Source: Candidatus Acidiferrum sp. | GTDB lineage: Bacteria > Vulcanimicrobiota > Vulcanimicrobiia > Vulcanimicrobiales > Vulcanimicrobiaceae | Direction: 5' to 3' | Assembly (NCBI GenBank): GCA_035486535.1 | Contig: DATHMY010000119.1 | Span: 1-47,105, forward strand | DNA length: 47,105 nt | In this document: positions 22,655 through 30,525 of the stretch, piece after piece | Numbering within the stretch: the first letter of the stretch is position 1 | Layout: every line of letters starts with the position of its first letter | Notes under the pieces: model-generated | The model's database searches: none | Seen by the model: only the letters and a program-made list of their open reading frames with translations | What the model was told of the DNA's origin: nothing | Position numbers and translations under genes: made by a program

Positions 22655-24382
22655 ATGCGCTCCAACACCGATATCGCCGCGAAGCTCCTGGAGATCCGCA
22701 CGCTAATGGAAATGGCGGGGATGAGCTTCTACAAGTACATGGCCTTCGAGAAGGCGGCGGCGTCGGTTGAGAATGCGCCGCCGTTGCGCGACGTCGTAGC
22801 TGCCGGCGAGCTGACCAAGCTCCCCGGGATCGGCAAATCGATCGCGACCGTGATCGTCCAGCTGCTCGAACGCGATGGCGCCGATGCGCTCGATGAACTC
22901 TACGCGATTTTTCCGCCGTCGATTGTCGAAGTGCTCGGCGTCTCGGGCATCGGCGCAAAAACGGCGGCTTCACTGTGGCACGATTTCCAGATTGGTTCGC
23001 TCGCCGATTTGGAGACGGCCATCGAGCGCGATGCTTTTGCCGGAGTTCCGCGCCTCGGGCCCAAGACGATTGAGAATTGGAAGCGCGGGATCCTGGCCTA
23101 TAAGGGCCGTCAGCGGCGTACGCCGCTTGCGCGTGCCCTGGGGATCGCACACGAGGCGATGGATTACCTGCGTGCGGGGCCGCCGCACGATCGTCTGGTC
23201 TACGCCGGCAGCGCCCGACGTCAAGAAGTGACCGTCGGCGATGTCGATTTGGTTTGCACGTCATCGGACGCCGCCGCGATCACCGCGTATTTTGCACGCT
23301 GGGACCGCGCACGCGCCGTCTTAGCCGAGGGCGGGACCAAAACCAGCATCTGGCTCGACGATGGGTTTCAAATCGACCTGCGCGTGCTGCCCGATCATCT
23401 GTATGGCAACTTGTTGCAGCATTTTACCGGCTCGCGCGAACATAACATCAAGCTGCGCGAGTACGCCGTGCGCAAGAGTCTGCGTGTCAGCGAGAACGGG
23501 ATTCTCAATCTGGAGACCGGCGACGCCATCACGTGCGAGGATGAGGCGGGTGTCTATGCCGCGCTCGGAATGATGTACATTCCCCCTGAGCTGCGCAGCG
23601 GGCTCGACGAGATCGATCGCGCGCTGGCCGGTTCCTTGCCGGCATTGCTCGAGACGGGTGACATGCGCGGCGACTTTCACATGCATTGCACCTGGAGCGA
23701 CGGCCGCGATTCGCTCGAAGCGATGATCGCCGCGGCAAAGGCGCGCGGCTATGACTATCACGCGATCAGCGATCACTCGTGGGGGCGCGGACGAACTTAC
23801 GGGCTCGATCCGCAGAAGCTGCGCGAGCAGCGTGCGCTCGTCGAAGAAATCTCGACGCGCATTGGTATGCGGACGTTCTGTGCGAGCGAGGTGGACATTC
23901 TGCCCGACGGAACGATGGATTACGACGATGAGGTGCTGGCACAGCTCGACGTCGTCATTGCCAGCGTGCATTCCGGATTCGACATTGGGCGCGACGCGAT
24001 GACGACCCGCATCATCCGGGCGTGTGAGAATCCATTCGTGACGATCATCGGACACCCGACCGGAAGAATGATCGGAAGTTTCCACGGCTACGAGTTCGAT
24101 TACGACGCCGTATTTGCGGCAGCCGCGCGTACGGGAACCGCGCTCGAGATCGACGGGCAGGCGCTGCGGCTCGATCTGCCCTCGCCGCTTGCACGCCGGG
24201 CCAAGGAGCTCGGTGTGACCTTCACCGTCGATTCCGACGCCCACGGGGTCGAGGATTTGCCGGAAATCGAGCTGGGGGTTGGACAGGCGCGCCGGGCCGG
24301 TCTCACTAAAGAAGATGTGCTTAACACACGTTCTTATGAGGATGTGCGAGCGTTCATTGCCCGCAAGCGAGGTCGCACATGA
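22655..24382 (+). CDS. polX: DNA polymerase X family protein with C-terminal PHP domain
   Basis: 575 aa. HhH motifs (LPGIGKSIA, VSGIGAKTA), palm GSARRQEVTVGDVDLV, and PHP histidines (GDFHMHCTWSDG, HAISDHS). SD AGGAGG. Confidence 0.92.
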   Translation: MRSNTDIAAKLLEIRTLMEMAGMSFYKYMAFEKAAASVENAPPLRDVVAAGELTKLPGIGKSIATVIVQLLERDGADALDELYAIFPPSIVEVLGVSGIGAKTAASLWHDFQIGSLADLETAIERDAFAGVPRLGPKTIENWKRGILAYKGRQRRTPLARALGIAHEAMDYLRAGPPHDRLVYAGSARRQEVTVGDVDLVCTSSDAAAITAYFARWDRARAVLAEGGTKTSIWLDDGFQIDLRVLPDHLYGNLLQHFTGSREHNIKLREYAVRKSLRVSENGILNLETGDAITCEDEAGVYAALGMMYIPPELRSGLDEIDRALAGSLPALLETGDMRGDFHMHCTWSDGRDSLEAMIAAAKARGYDYHAISDHSWGRGRTYGLDPQKLREQRALVEEISTRIGMRTFCASEVDILPDGTMDYDDEVLAQLDVVIASVHSGFDIGRDAMTTRIIRACENPFVTIIGHPTGRMIGSFHGYEFDYDAVFAAAARTGTALEIDGQALRLDLPSPLARRAKELGVTFTVDSDAHGVEDLPEIELGVGQARRAGLTKEDVLNTRSYEDVRAFIARKRGRT

Positions 24383-25179
24383 TTGATACGATGGCGGTGA
24401 AAGCGCCCGACGGCGTCGACTCCGCGGTGCGCTCTGCCGGAACCGATGGCCCGGCGCTCGTTTTCGTGCACGGCGTCGGCTCGACGGCAGCAATTTGGGA
24501 TCGGCAGCTCGACGCATTCTCGGGCGCATATCGTACTCTCGCAATCGAGCTGCGCGGTAACGGGGTGCCGAAGCCGGAGCCGGACCCGCGCGCAATCACG
24601 CGTGCCGGCTATGCGGCCGACGTGCTCGCCGCACTCGACGCATTGCGCATCGAACGCGCGACGATCATTGGCTGCAGTTTGGGTGGCGTCGTCGCATTCG
24701 AATTGTGGGAGCATGCCAAAGCGCGCATCGATGCCATGGTGATTCTCGGCAGCTTCGCTGCCTACCCCAATGCGCGCGCCTATGCCGATGGTATCTGCAA
24801 CGCGGTGCGCGCCGCAGGGACAATGGACGTCTTCGCGCACGAGCGGGCGTCGCGCCTTGGCGCAATGCCGCAGGATCGGTTGCGTGAAACACTCGAGCAG
24901 ATGGCGAGCAAGAGCGTTGCATCGTATCTCGCCGCGACCGAGGCGACCTGGACCGGGGACTATCGCGCAACGCTTGCGACGATCGATGTCCCGGTACTCG
25001 TGTGTGCCGGCGAAAACGACGCGATTGCGCCGCCTGCGCTTTCGCGCGAAATCGCCGACGGTATCGCAGGTTCGGAACTCGCGCTGATTCCGCGCGCCGG
25101 CCATGTCGCAAACGCCGACAACCCGAACGCATTCAACGATTTGCTGCGAGGCTTTCTCGCTCGCGTAGCGGTGGTCTGA
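24379..25179 (+). CDS. alpha/beta hydrolase (3-oxoadipate enol-lactonase-like)
   Basis: 266 aa. LVFVHGVGS, the nucleophile elbow GCSLGG, and a C-terminal His context GHVANADNP. ATGA overlap with polX. Confidence 0.85.
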   Translation: MIDTMAVKAPDGVDSAVRSAGTDGPALVFVHGVGSTAAIWDRQLDAFSGAYRTLAIELRGNGVPKPEPDPRAITRAGYAADVLAALDALRIERATIIGCSLGGVVAFELWEHAKARIDAMVILGSFAAYPNARAYADGICNAVRAAGTMDVFAHERASRLGAMPQDRLRETLEQMASKSVASYLAATEATWTGDYRATLATIDVPVLVCAGENDAIAPPALSREIADGIAGSELALIPRAGHVANADNPNAFNDLLRGFLARVAVV

Positions 25180-25181
25180 GG

Positions 25182-27869
25182 ATGCGCGCCGTGGCAAAGT
25201 CGCCGAATGAAGCCGCGAGGCTCGATGCGCTCGCCGCATATCAAATTCTCGACTCGACCGAAGGCGCAACCTACGTGGCCTTCACGGAGCTGGCCAGTGA
25301 GATCGCAGAGTCGCCCATGGCGACGATCTCGCTGGTGGACGATACGCGCATTTGGTACAAATCGTCCAAGGGCCTCGATCTGCGCGAAGTCCCACGCAAC
25401 GGATCGTTTGCGGCGCACATCGTCGCGTCCGGCGCGCAACTGCTCGTCGAAGACGCGCGTGCCGATGCTCGCTTTCGCAGCAACGTTCTGGTTACCGGCC
25501 CCTCGCAGGTGCGCTTCTTTGCCGGCGTTCCGCTTATCACGCCGCAAGGCTTTATCCTCGGTGCCTTTTGTGTGCTCGACACTCGCCCGCGTACGCTCAC
25601 CGAGCTCCAACTCAGCCGTCTGAGCGCACTCTCAGCCGCGCTGATGGACGTCTTCGAAACACGGCGGCGGATGCTCTCGCTCCTCGAGACCGCCGGTGCC
25701 GACGTCTTCATGATCAGGGCCGATGATGACGCGATCTTCTTTGTTTCGCGCGGCGCGTGCGAGCGGCTCGGATATACGACCAAAGAACTGATCGGGATGC
25801 CGGTCTACGACGTGATTCCCGCGATGACGCAGACGGTTATGCAAGACGTGCTGATCCGCGCGCGTCGCGGCGAGGCTGTCGTGCGCGAAGCCGAACTGCG
25901 GCGCCGCGACGGCACCAGCTACCCGGTCGAGATTCAAGTCAACGTCGAAACCGAGCGAGGTCGCGAACGTATTCATGCGATCGCGTTCGATTTGACGCAA
26001 CGACGCGCGCGCGAGCGCGAGATCGCACTATTGCTCGATGCGGTCAACGTCGCCGGTGACGTCATTTTGGTCTATTCGGTCGGCGCGGGCGGCGAATTGA
26101 CGCTTTCCTACGCTAACGACGCGTTTACGCGCCAGACGGGTTATTCGCGCGACGAAGCGATCGGTCGTGGCCTCGCATTTTTCCGCCAGAGCATGCCCGA
26201 CGACGAGGGCATGCGCGGCGTTCGCGAAGCGCTCGAACGCGGGATACCGGCGCAAGCCGAGATCGCCAGCTATCGTAAGGACGGTTCGACGTATTGGAAT
26301 TCCGTTTCGTTGCACCCGGTGCGCAGTGCCGGCGGCGCAGTGACGGATTGGATTTCAACCGAACGCGACATCACCGGTGAAGTAGAGCGTACGAGCGTGC
26401 TTGCCGAGGAGCACGATCGCCTGCTGGCGCTCAAGCGCACTGCTCGGCGGCTCTTTACCACGCTCGACGCTACGGCGGTCGTTTCGACCGTGCGTGAAGC
26501 GATCGGCCAGCTCATTGGTGCCGACGCGCGACTACTCGCGGTTGCGGAGAACGGCACCGCCGTGCCGGTCGACGCGCTCGGTGCGGTCGACTGGGCAACG
26601 GGAGCGTTCGATCCGCTCGCCGACAAAGCAGTGCGCGCACGGGTCCGTATCGTCGACGAGCTTGTGCCGCGGGCGATCGCCTACGCCGGCCGTTTCGGTG
26701 AGGCGATTTACCTGTTGGAGATCCGGCCCCGCCACGGCCGAACGCTGCGCAGCACCGACCTGTTCGTCTTCGATTTAATCGCCGAGTATTTTGCGGTAGC
26801 GGTTCGCAACGTTTCGCTCTATAACGAAATCGAGGAGCGACGGAGCGCCGTTCTCGAGCTCAATCAAACCAAAAGTGACCTCATCACGATGCTCGCCCAC
26901 GACTTTCGCGGGCCGCTGACGTCGATCGTTGGTTTTGCCGATCTCACCACCGAAGTCGGCGACGTCAACGACGAACAGCGCGATTTCCTCGAAACGATCA
27001 AAGGTTCAGCGTTGCAACTTTCGGAGCTCGCGACGGACACGCTCACCCTTTCACGCCTCGAACGCAACGAAGTCACGCTGCAGCTATCGGAGACCGACCT
27101 AGGAGCGCTGATCGATTCGATCGTCGCGCAACAAAAAGACCGTCGTCACGTCGAATTCACGATCGACGGCGATGCGCACATCACCGGCGATGAAGATCGC
27201 TTGCGCCAAGTTTTCGCGAATCTGATCGACAACGCGATCAAGTATACGCCCGAAGGTCCCGATCCGCTCGTTCGAATCGTGGGCGGCGCCGACAACGTCA
27301 CCGTCACCGTGCGCGACTTCGGCATCGGCATTCCGGCGGGAGAGATCTCGCGCATCTTCGATCGCTTCACCCGCGCGTCCAATGCGCGCAAGTTGAGGAT
27401 CTCGGGCACGGGCTTCGGACTGTACTTGACGAAGCAACTCGTGCAGCTTCACGGCGGCACGATTGCGGTGGAGAGTGAAGAGGGCCGCGGAAGTACCTTC
27501 ACGATCGTGCTACCACGTCGCGCCGACCGCCGGTTCGCGCCACGTACCGTATTGCTGCTCGATGCCGATCGTGACCGGTCGTTCCTGGCGTACGGATTGC
27601 AAGAGGCGGGATACCGCGTCCTAATTGCGACGACGATTGACGAAGCGCTTGCGACCGCCGATTCGCAGGCATTCGATGCGATCGTGCTCGCGACACCGGA
27701 GGCGCTATCGAATCAGGCGGCGGTGCAGTTCCGCACGTTCAGCCGCGAACACGGCGTCCCGCTCGTCGCAATCGGCGCTGCGCCACCGCGACTCGGCGCA
27801 TCGGCGACCCTGATGCGCCCACCGGCGATCGGCGATGTCGTGGCAGCGCTCGAGCGCCTTCTTAGTTAG
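25182..27869 (+). CDS. sensor histidine kinase GAF-PAS-PAS-GAF-HisKA-HATPase with C-terminal pseudo-receiver
   Basis: ATG 25182 begins MRAVAKSPNEAARLDALAAYQILDS, a GAF-type N-terminus. H-box MLAHDFRGPL. N/G boxes NLIDNAIKYT, DFGIGI and GTGFGLYL. The C-terminal REC-like fold reads FDAIVLAT where the phospho-Asp is expected. Confidence 0.9.
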   Translation: MRAVAKSPNEAARLDALAAYQILDSTEGATYVAFTELASEIAESPMATISLVDDTRIWYKSSKGLDLREVPRNGSFAAHIVASGAQLLVEDARADARFRSNVLVTGPSQVRFFAGVPLITPQGFILGAFCVLDTRPRTLTELQLSRLSALSAALMDVFETRRRMLSLLETAGADVFMIRADDDAIFFVSRGACERLGYTTKELIGMPVYDVIPAMTQTVMQDVLIRARRGEAVVREAELRRRDGTSYPVEIQVNVETERGRERIHAIAFDLTQRRAREREIALLLDAVNVAGDVILVYSVGAGGELTLSYANDAFTRQTGYSRDEAIGRGLAFFRQSMPDDEGMRGVREALERGIPAQAEIASYRKDGSTYWNSVSLHPVRSAGGAVTDWISTERDITGEVERTSVLAEEHDRLLALKRTARRLFTTLDATAVVSTVREAIGQLIGADARLLAVAENGTAVPVDALGAVDWATGAFDPLADKAVRARVRIVDELVPRAIAYAGRFGEAIYLLEIRPRHGRTLRSTDLFVFDLIAEYFAVAVRNVSLYNEIEERRSAVLELNQTKSDLITMLAHDFRGPLTSIVGFADLTTEVGDVNDEQRDFLETIKGSALQLSELATDTLTLSRLERNEVTLQLSETDLGALIDSIVAQQKDRRHVEFTIDGDAHITGDEDRLRQVFANLIDNAIKYTPEGPDPLVRIVGGADNVTVTVRDFGIGIPAGEISRIFDRFTRASNARKLRISGTGFGLYLTKQLVQLHGGTIAVESEEGRGSTFTIVLPRRADRRFAPRTVLLLDADRDRSFLAYGLQEAGYRVLIATTIDEALATADSQAFDAIVLATPEALSNQAAVQFRTFSREHGVPLVAIGAAPPRLGASATLMRPPAIGDVVAALERLLS

Positions 27870-28723
27870 GCACTTATTCGTTCAGGCGCACTATAGACGT
27901 TGGCGTGTTCGCCGCGCACGAATGCCGCAAGCGTAATATTGAATGCGCGCGCGAGATCGACGGCCAGACTGCTCGGCGCGGAGACCGCGCACACGACCGG
28001 AATGCGCGCGACCGCGGCCTTTTGCAAGATTTCGTAGCTCGCGCGGCCGCTCACGAACAGGATCGATCCGGCCAGATTGCGCCCTCCGAGGAGCGCCCAG
28101 CCGGCGAGTTTGTCGACCGCATTGTGGCGGCCCACATCCTCGCGCACGGCAAGCGCGCTCCCGCTCGCATCGAAGAGCGCCGCGGCGTGCAGGCCACCGG
28201 TGAGCGCGAAGACGCGCTGCGCTTCGCGCATTTGCTCGGGCAGCTGGTAGATGCGCGCGATGGGGACCCGCAGCGCATCGTTTAACGGCTCGACGCCGAG
28301 CTCGGCGAGCGCCTCGAGATTCGCCCGTCCGCAGATGCCGCACGAGCTATTCATGGTGAAGTGGCGCTCGAAGCGCGTGAGGTCCGGAAGCGTGCGCGCG
28401 GCCAACGCGATGTTGACGATGTTATAGCGTTGCTCCGCGTCGACGGCTGGATCGACGCAATAGCTGATGCCGGCAATCTCGTCGCGTGAACGAACGATGC
28501 GTTCGCCGGAAACAAACCCGGCGGCCAGCTCGAAGTCGTTGCCTGGGGTGCGCATCGTGATCGCGAGCGTGTGCGTCGTTGCATTCGCTACCAGACGCAA
28601 CTCCAGCGGCTCTTCGGTGACGATGCTGTCGTAGACGCGGGCGCTGCGCGAGCCCTCGTAACGTACGATCGGCGTCTCGACCGTGCGGCCGGGCCGTACG
28701 GACTCGACGCCGTCGTCGATCAT
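27866..28723 (-). CDS. fdhD: formate dehydrogenase accessory sulfurtransferase FdhD
   Basis: 285 aa from ATG 28723 (MIDDGVES...). NSSCGICG and DVGRHNAVDK motifs. ATGA overlap with the upstream NrfD-like gene. Confidence 0.9.
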   Translation of the reverse strand: MIDDGVESVRPGRTVETPIVRYEGSRSARVYDSIVTEEPLELRLVANATTHTLAITMRTPGNDFELAAGFVSGERIVRSRDEIAGISYCVDPAVDAEQRYNIVNIALAARTLPDLTRFERHFTMNSSCGICGRANLEALAELGVEPLNDALRVPIARIYQLPEQMREAQRVFALTGGLHAAALFDASGSALAVREDVGRHNAVDKLAGWALLGGRNLAGSILFVSGRASYEILQKAAVARIPVVCAVSAPSSLAVDLARAFNITLAAFVRGEHANVYSAPERISA

Positions 28724-29685
28724 TTTGGCTGCACGGACGCAACGCGCGGATCGTTTACCGATACCCTGCCGGCCGTGACGACGGTATCGCGCAGGATATA
28801 GCCGCCAAGCAATGTCAGCACCGATGCGATGACCGTGCGTACCGCGTCGACTGGTTTGGGTAGCGGGACAATCGCGCCGAGCAGATTGAGCGCGAGTGGC
28901 GCGAGGATGCCGGTGCGCGTCGTATAGGTACGAAGGCGGTCGCCTTTTGCGCCGGTAAAGAGCGCGTTTCCGTAGACGCCAGCCTGTCGTTCGAAACTGA
29001 TGAGTGCCGCCAGTTCGGCGGTGCTTGCCAACATCTCGAGGCGTTCGAGCCGGTGCGTGACCTCGCTGTTGCCTTCGAGCGTGCTCAGCAGACTCGAAAG
29101 CGCGCACGCCGAGCTCATGCTCGAACAAACGAACGCGACGGGGATGTGGCGTTTGCCCGAGCTCCACAGTGGATTCGCCGTTGCCGACAGCAAGACGCCG
29201 GTGTACCCCATGAGAAACGCGCCGAAGAGCGCCTGCAGCTTACCGAAGAGCGTTGGCGCTAAAAAGCGAACCCAGCGCGGAAGTACATCGGCCAGCGCAA
29301 GTTCGCGCGCGACGCTCATGCTCGCGGCGCCGGAATAGAGCACGAGTCCCCACACGCCCATCGACATCGGCGACTTGAACTTGGCGATACGTAACATGTG
29401 CAAGAAGCGCTCGGGCCGCCCGAGGTGTGTAACCAACACGGCGGGATTCGCGGCGGCAAGCACCAGCGACGTCACCGCGAGCGTACGTTTGAGCTTGCGA
29501 TCGCTCTCGCGCTTGGGGTCAGCCAAGACGCCGATCACGCCGAGCCCACCCATCACGCCGCCAAGGAAGAGGTACGTGACAACGTTCCAGTTGTCCCAAT
29601 GCGGCATCTTGAGCAAGGGACGATCGTAGTATGTCGGCGTTGGCACCGATTCTTCGCGGCCGGGCGGCTCGAGCAGATCACTCAT
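28720..29685 (-). CDS. NrfD/PsrC-family integral membrane subunit (quinone-interacting anchor of the FDH)
   Basis: 321 aa, polytopic. N-terminus YYDRPLLKMPHWDNWNVVTYLFLGGVMGG is typical of NrfD-like anchors. 8-nt overlap with fdnH. Confidence 0.82.
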   Translation of the reverse strand: MSDLLEPPGREESVPTPTYYDRPLLKMPHWDNWNVVTYLFLGGVMGGLGVIGVLADPKRESDRKLKRTLAVTSLVLAAANPAVLVTHLGRPERFLHMLRIAKFKSPMSMGVWGLVLYSGAASMSVARELALADVLPRWVRFLAPTLFGKLQALFGAFLMGYTGVLLSATANPLWSSGKRHIPVAFVCSSMSSACALSSLLSTLEGNSEVTHRLERLEMLASTAELAALISFERQAGVYGNALFTGAKGDRLRTYTTRTGILAPLALNLLGAIVPLPKPVDAVRTVIASVLTLLGGYILRDTVVTAGRVSVNDPRVASVQPK

Positions 29686-30523
29686 TGTGGAATATCATCC
29701 ATCCGGCGATCGCGAGCCCGAGTGCGGCAATCGCCGCCGAAGAGTAGCCGGCCGGCTGCCGCGTCGAGGGCAGCACCGGTTGCGCGGGCAAGTTGTAGGT
29801 TTCGGGCCGATCGGTTAGCAGAAAGAACGCATTGAGTGGACCGACGCCGCCGCCGACATCATCGGCGCCGTAGAGTTCGGCGCTCACGCCGCGCGCGGTC
29901 AATGTCTCGACGCGTTTGCGCGCACGATCGCGCAACACGTCGACGTCACCGAACTGAATCGACTGTGTCGGGCACGCTTTTGCGCATGCAGGCTCGAAAC
30001 CGATCTTCTGCCGGTCGTAGCAGAGCGTGCACTTGCCGGCGACACCGCCGTGGCCTTGCAGCGCTGTTTTATCTTCTTCGCGCCGGGCTTCGACGAGTGA
30101 CGCAAGGTTGTAGCGCACGCCGCCGGGATCGAACTTCTCGATCAGGTCGACGACCCCGAATGGGCACGAAGTCACGCAGTAGCCGCAACCGTTGCAGACG
30201 TCGGGCTGGATAAAGACCGACTCGAACTCATTACGAATGATCGCGCCGGTCGGGCAGGCTTCCATGCAGCCCGCATTCGTGCAGTGCTTGCAGACGTCGC
30301 TGCTCATCAGCCAGCGATCGTGTAACCCGCCGTCGTCGACCGACATTTGCTCGATGAAGGCGACGTGCCGCCAGGTTGTTCCCGAGAGTTCGCTCGTGTT
30401 GTCGTACGAGTCGCCCGTGAACTTGAAGCCGTCTGAAGGCAACTCATTCCACTGCTTGCATGCGACCTCACAAGCCTTACAGCCGATGCACAGTGTGGTA
30501 TCGGTAAAAAATCCCGTTGCCAT
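29678..30523 (-). CDS. fdnH: formate dehydrogenase iron-sulfur (beta) subunit with C-terminal TM helix
   Basis: 281 aa. MATGFFTDTTLCIGCKACEVACKQWN and further CxxCxxCxxxC clusters. The C-terminal hydrophobic helix is AAIAALGLAIAGWMIF. Confidence 0.9.
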   Translation of the reverse strand: MATGFFTDTTLCIGCKACEVACKQWNELPSDGFKFTGDSYDNTSELSGTTWRHVAFIEQMSVDDGGLHDRWLMSSDVCKHCTNAGCMEACPTGAIIRNEFESVFIQPDVCNGCGYCVTSCPFGVVDLIEKFDPGGVRYNLASLVEARREEDKTALQGHGGVAGKCTLCYDRQKIGFEPACAKACPTQSIQFGDVDVLRDRARKRVETLTARGVSAELYGADDVGGGVGPLNAFFLLTDRPETYNLPAQPVLPSTRQPAGYSSAAIAALGLAIAGWMIFHNE

Positions 30524-30525
30524 TG

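Noticed and set aside
22599-23264. N-terminal extension of the ABC-ATPase-like ORF (397-aa version). Similar long extensions occur in ORFs 27866-29167, 38592-40118, 39641-41254, 25002-27869, 19087-19986, 19623-20318, 43785-44471, 46227-46931, 45887-46672 and 13403-13957.
   Set aside because: The extensions are Arg/Pro/Ser-rich, overlap well-supported neighbouring genes, and are followed by internal starts that coincide with the homology onset, with SD sequences, or with ATGA-type coupling to the upstream gene.
23321-24595. 424-aa ORF (and the 311-aa ORF at 24334-25269) on the minus strand
   Set aside because: Both are antisense to polX and the alpha/beta hydrolase gene, which have strong family motifs. 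Their composition is Arg-rich and no domain is recognisable.
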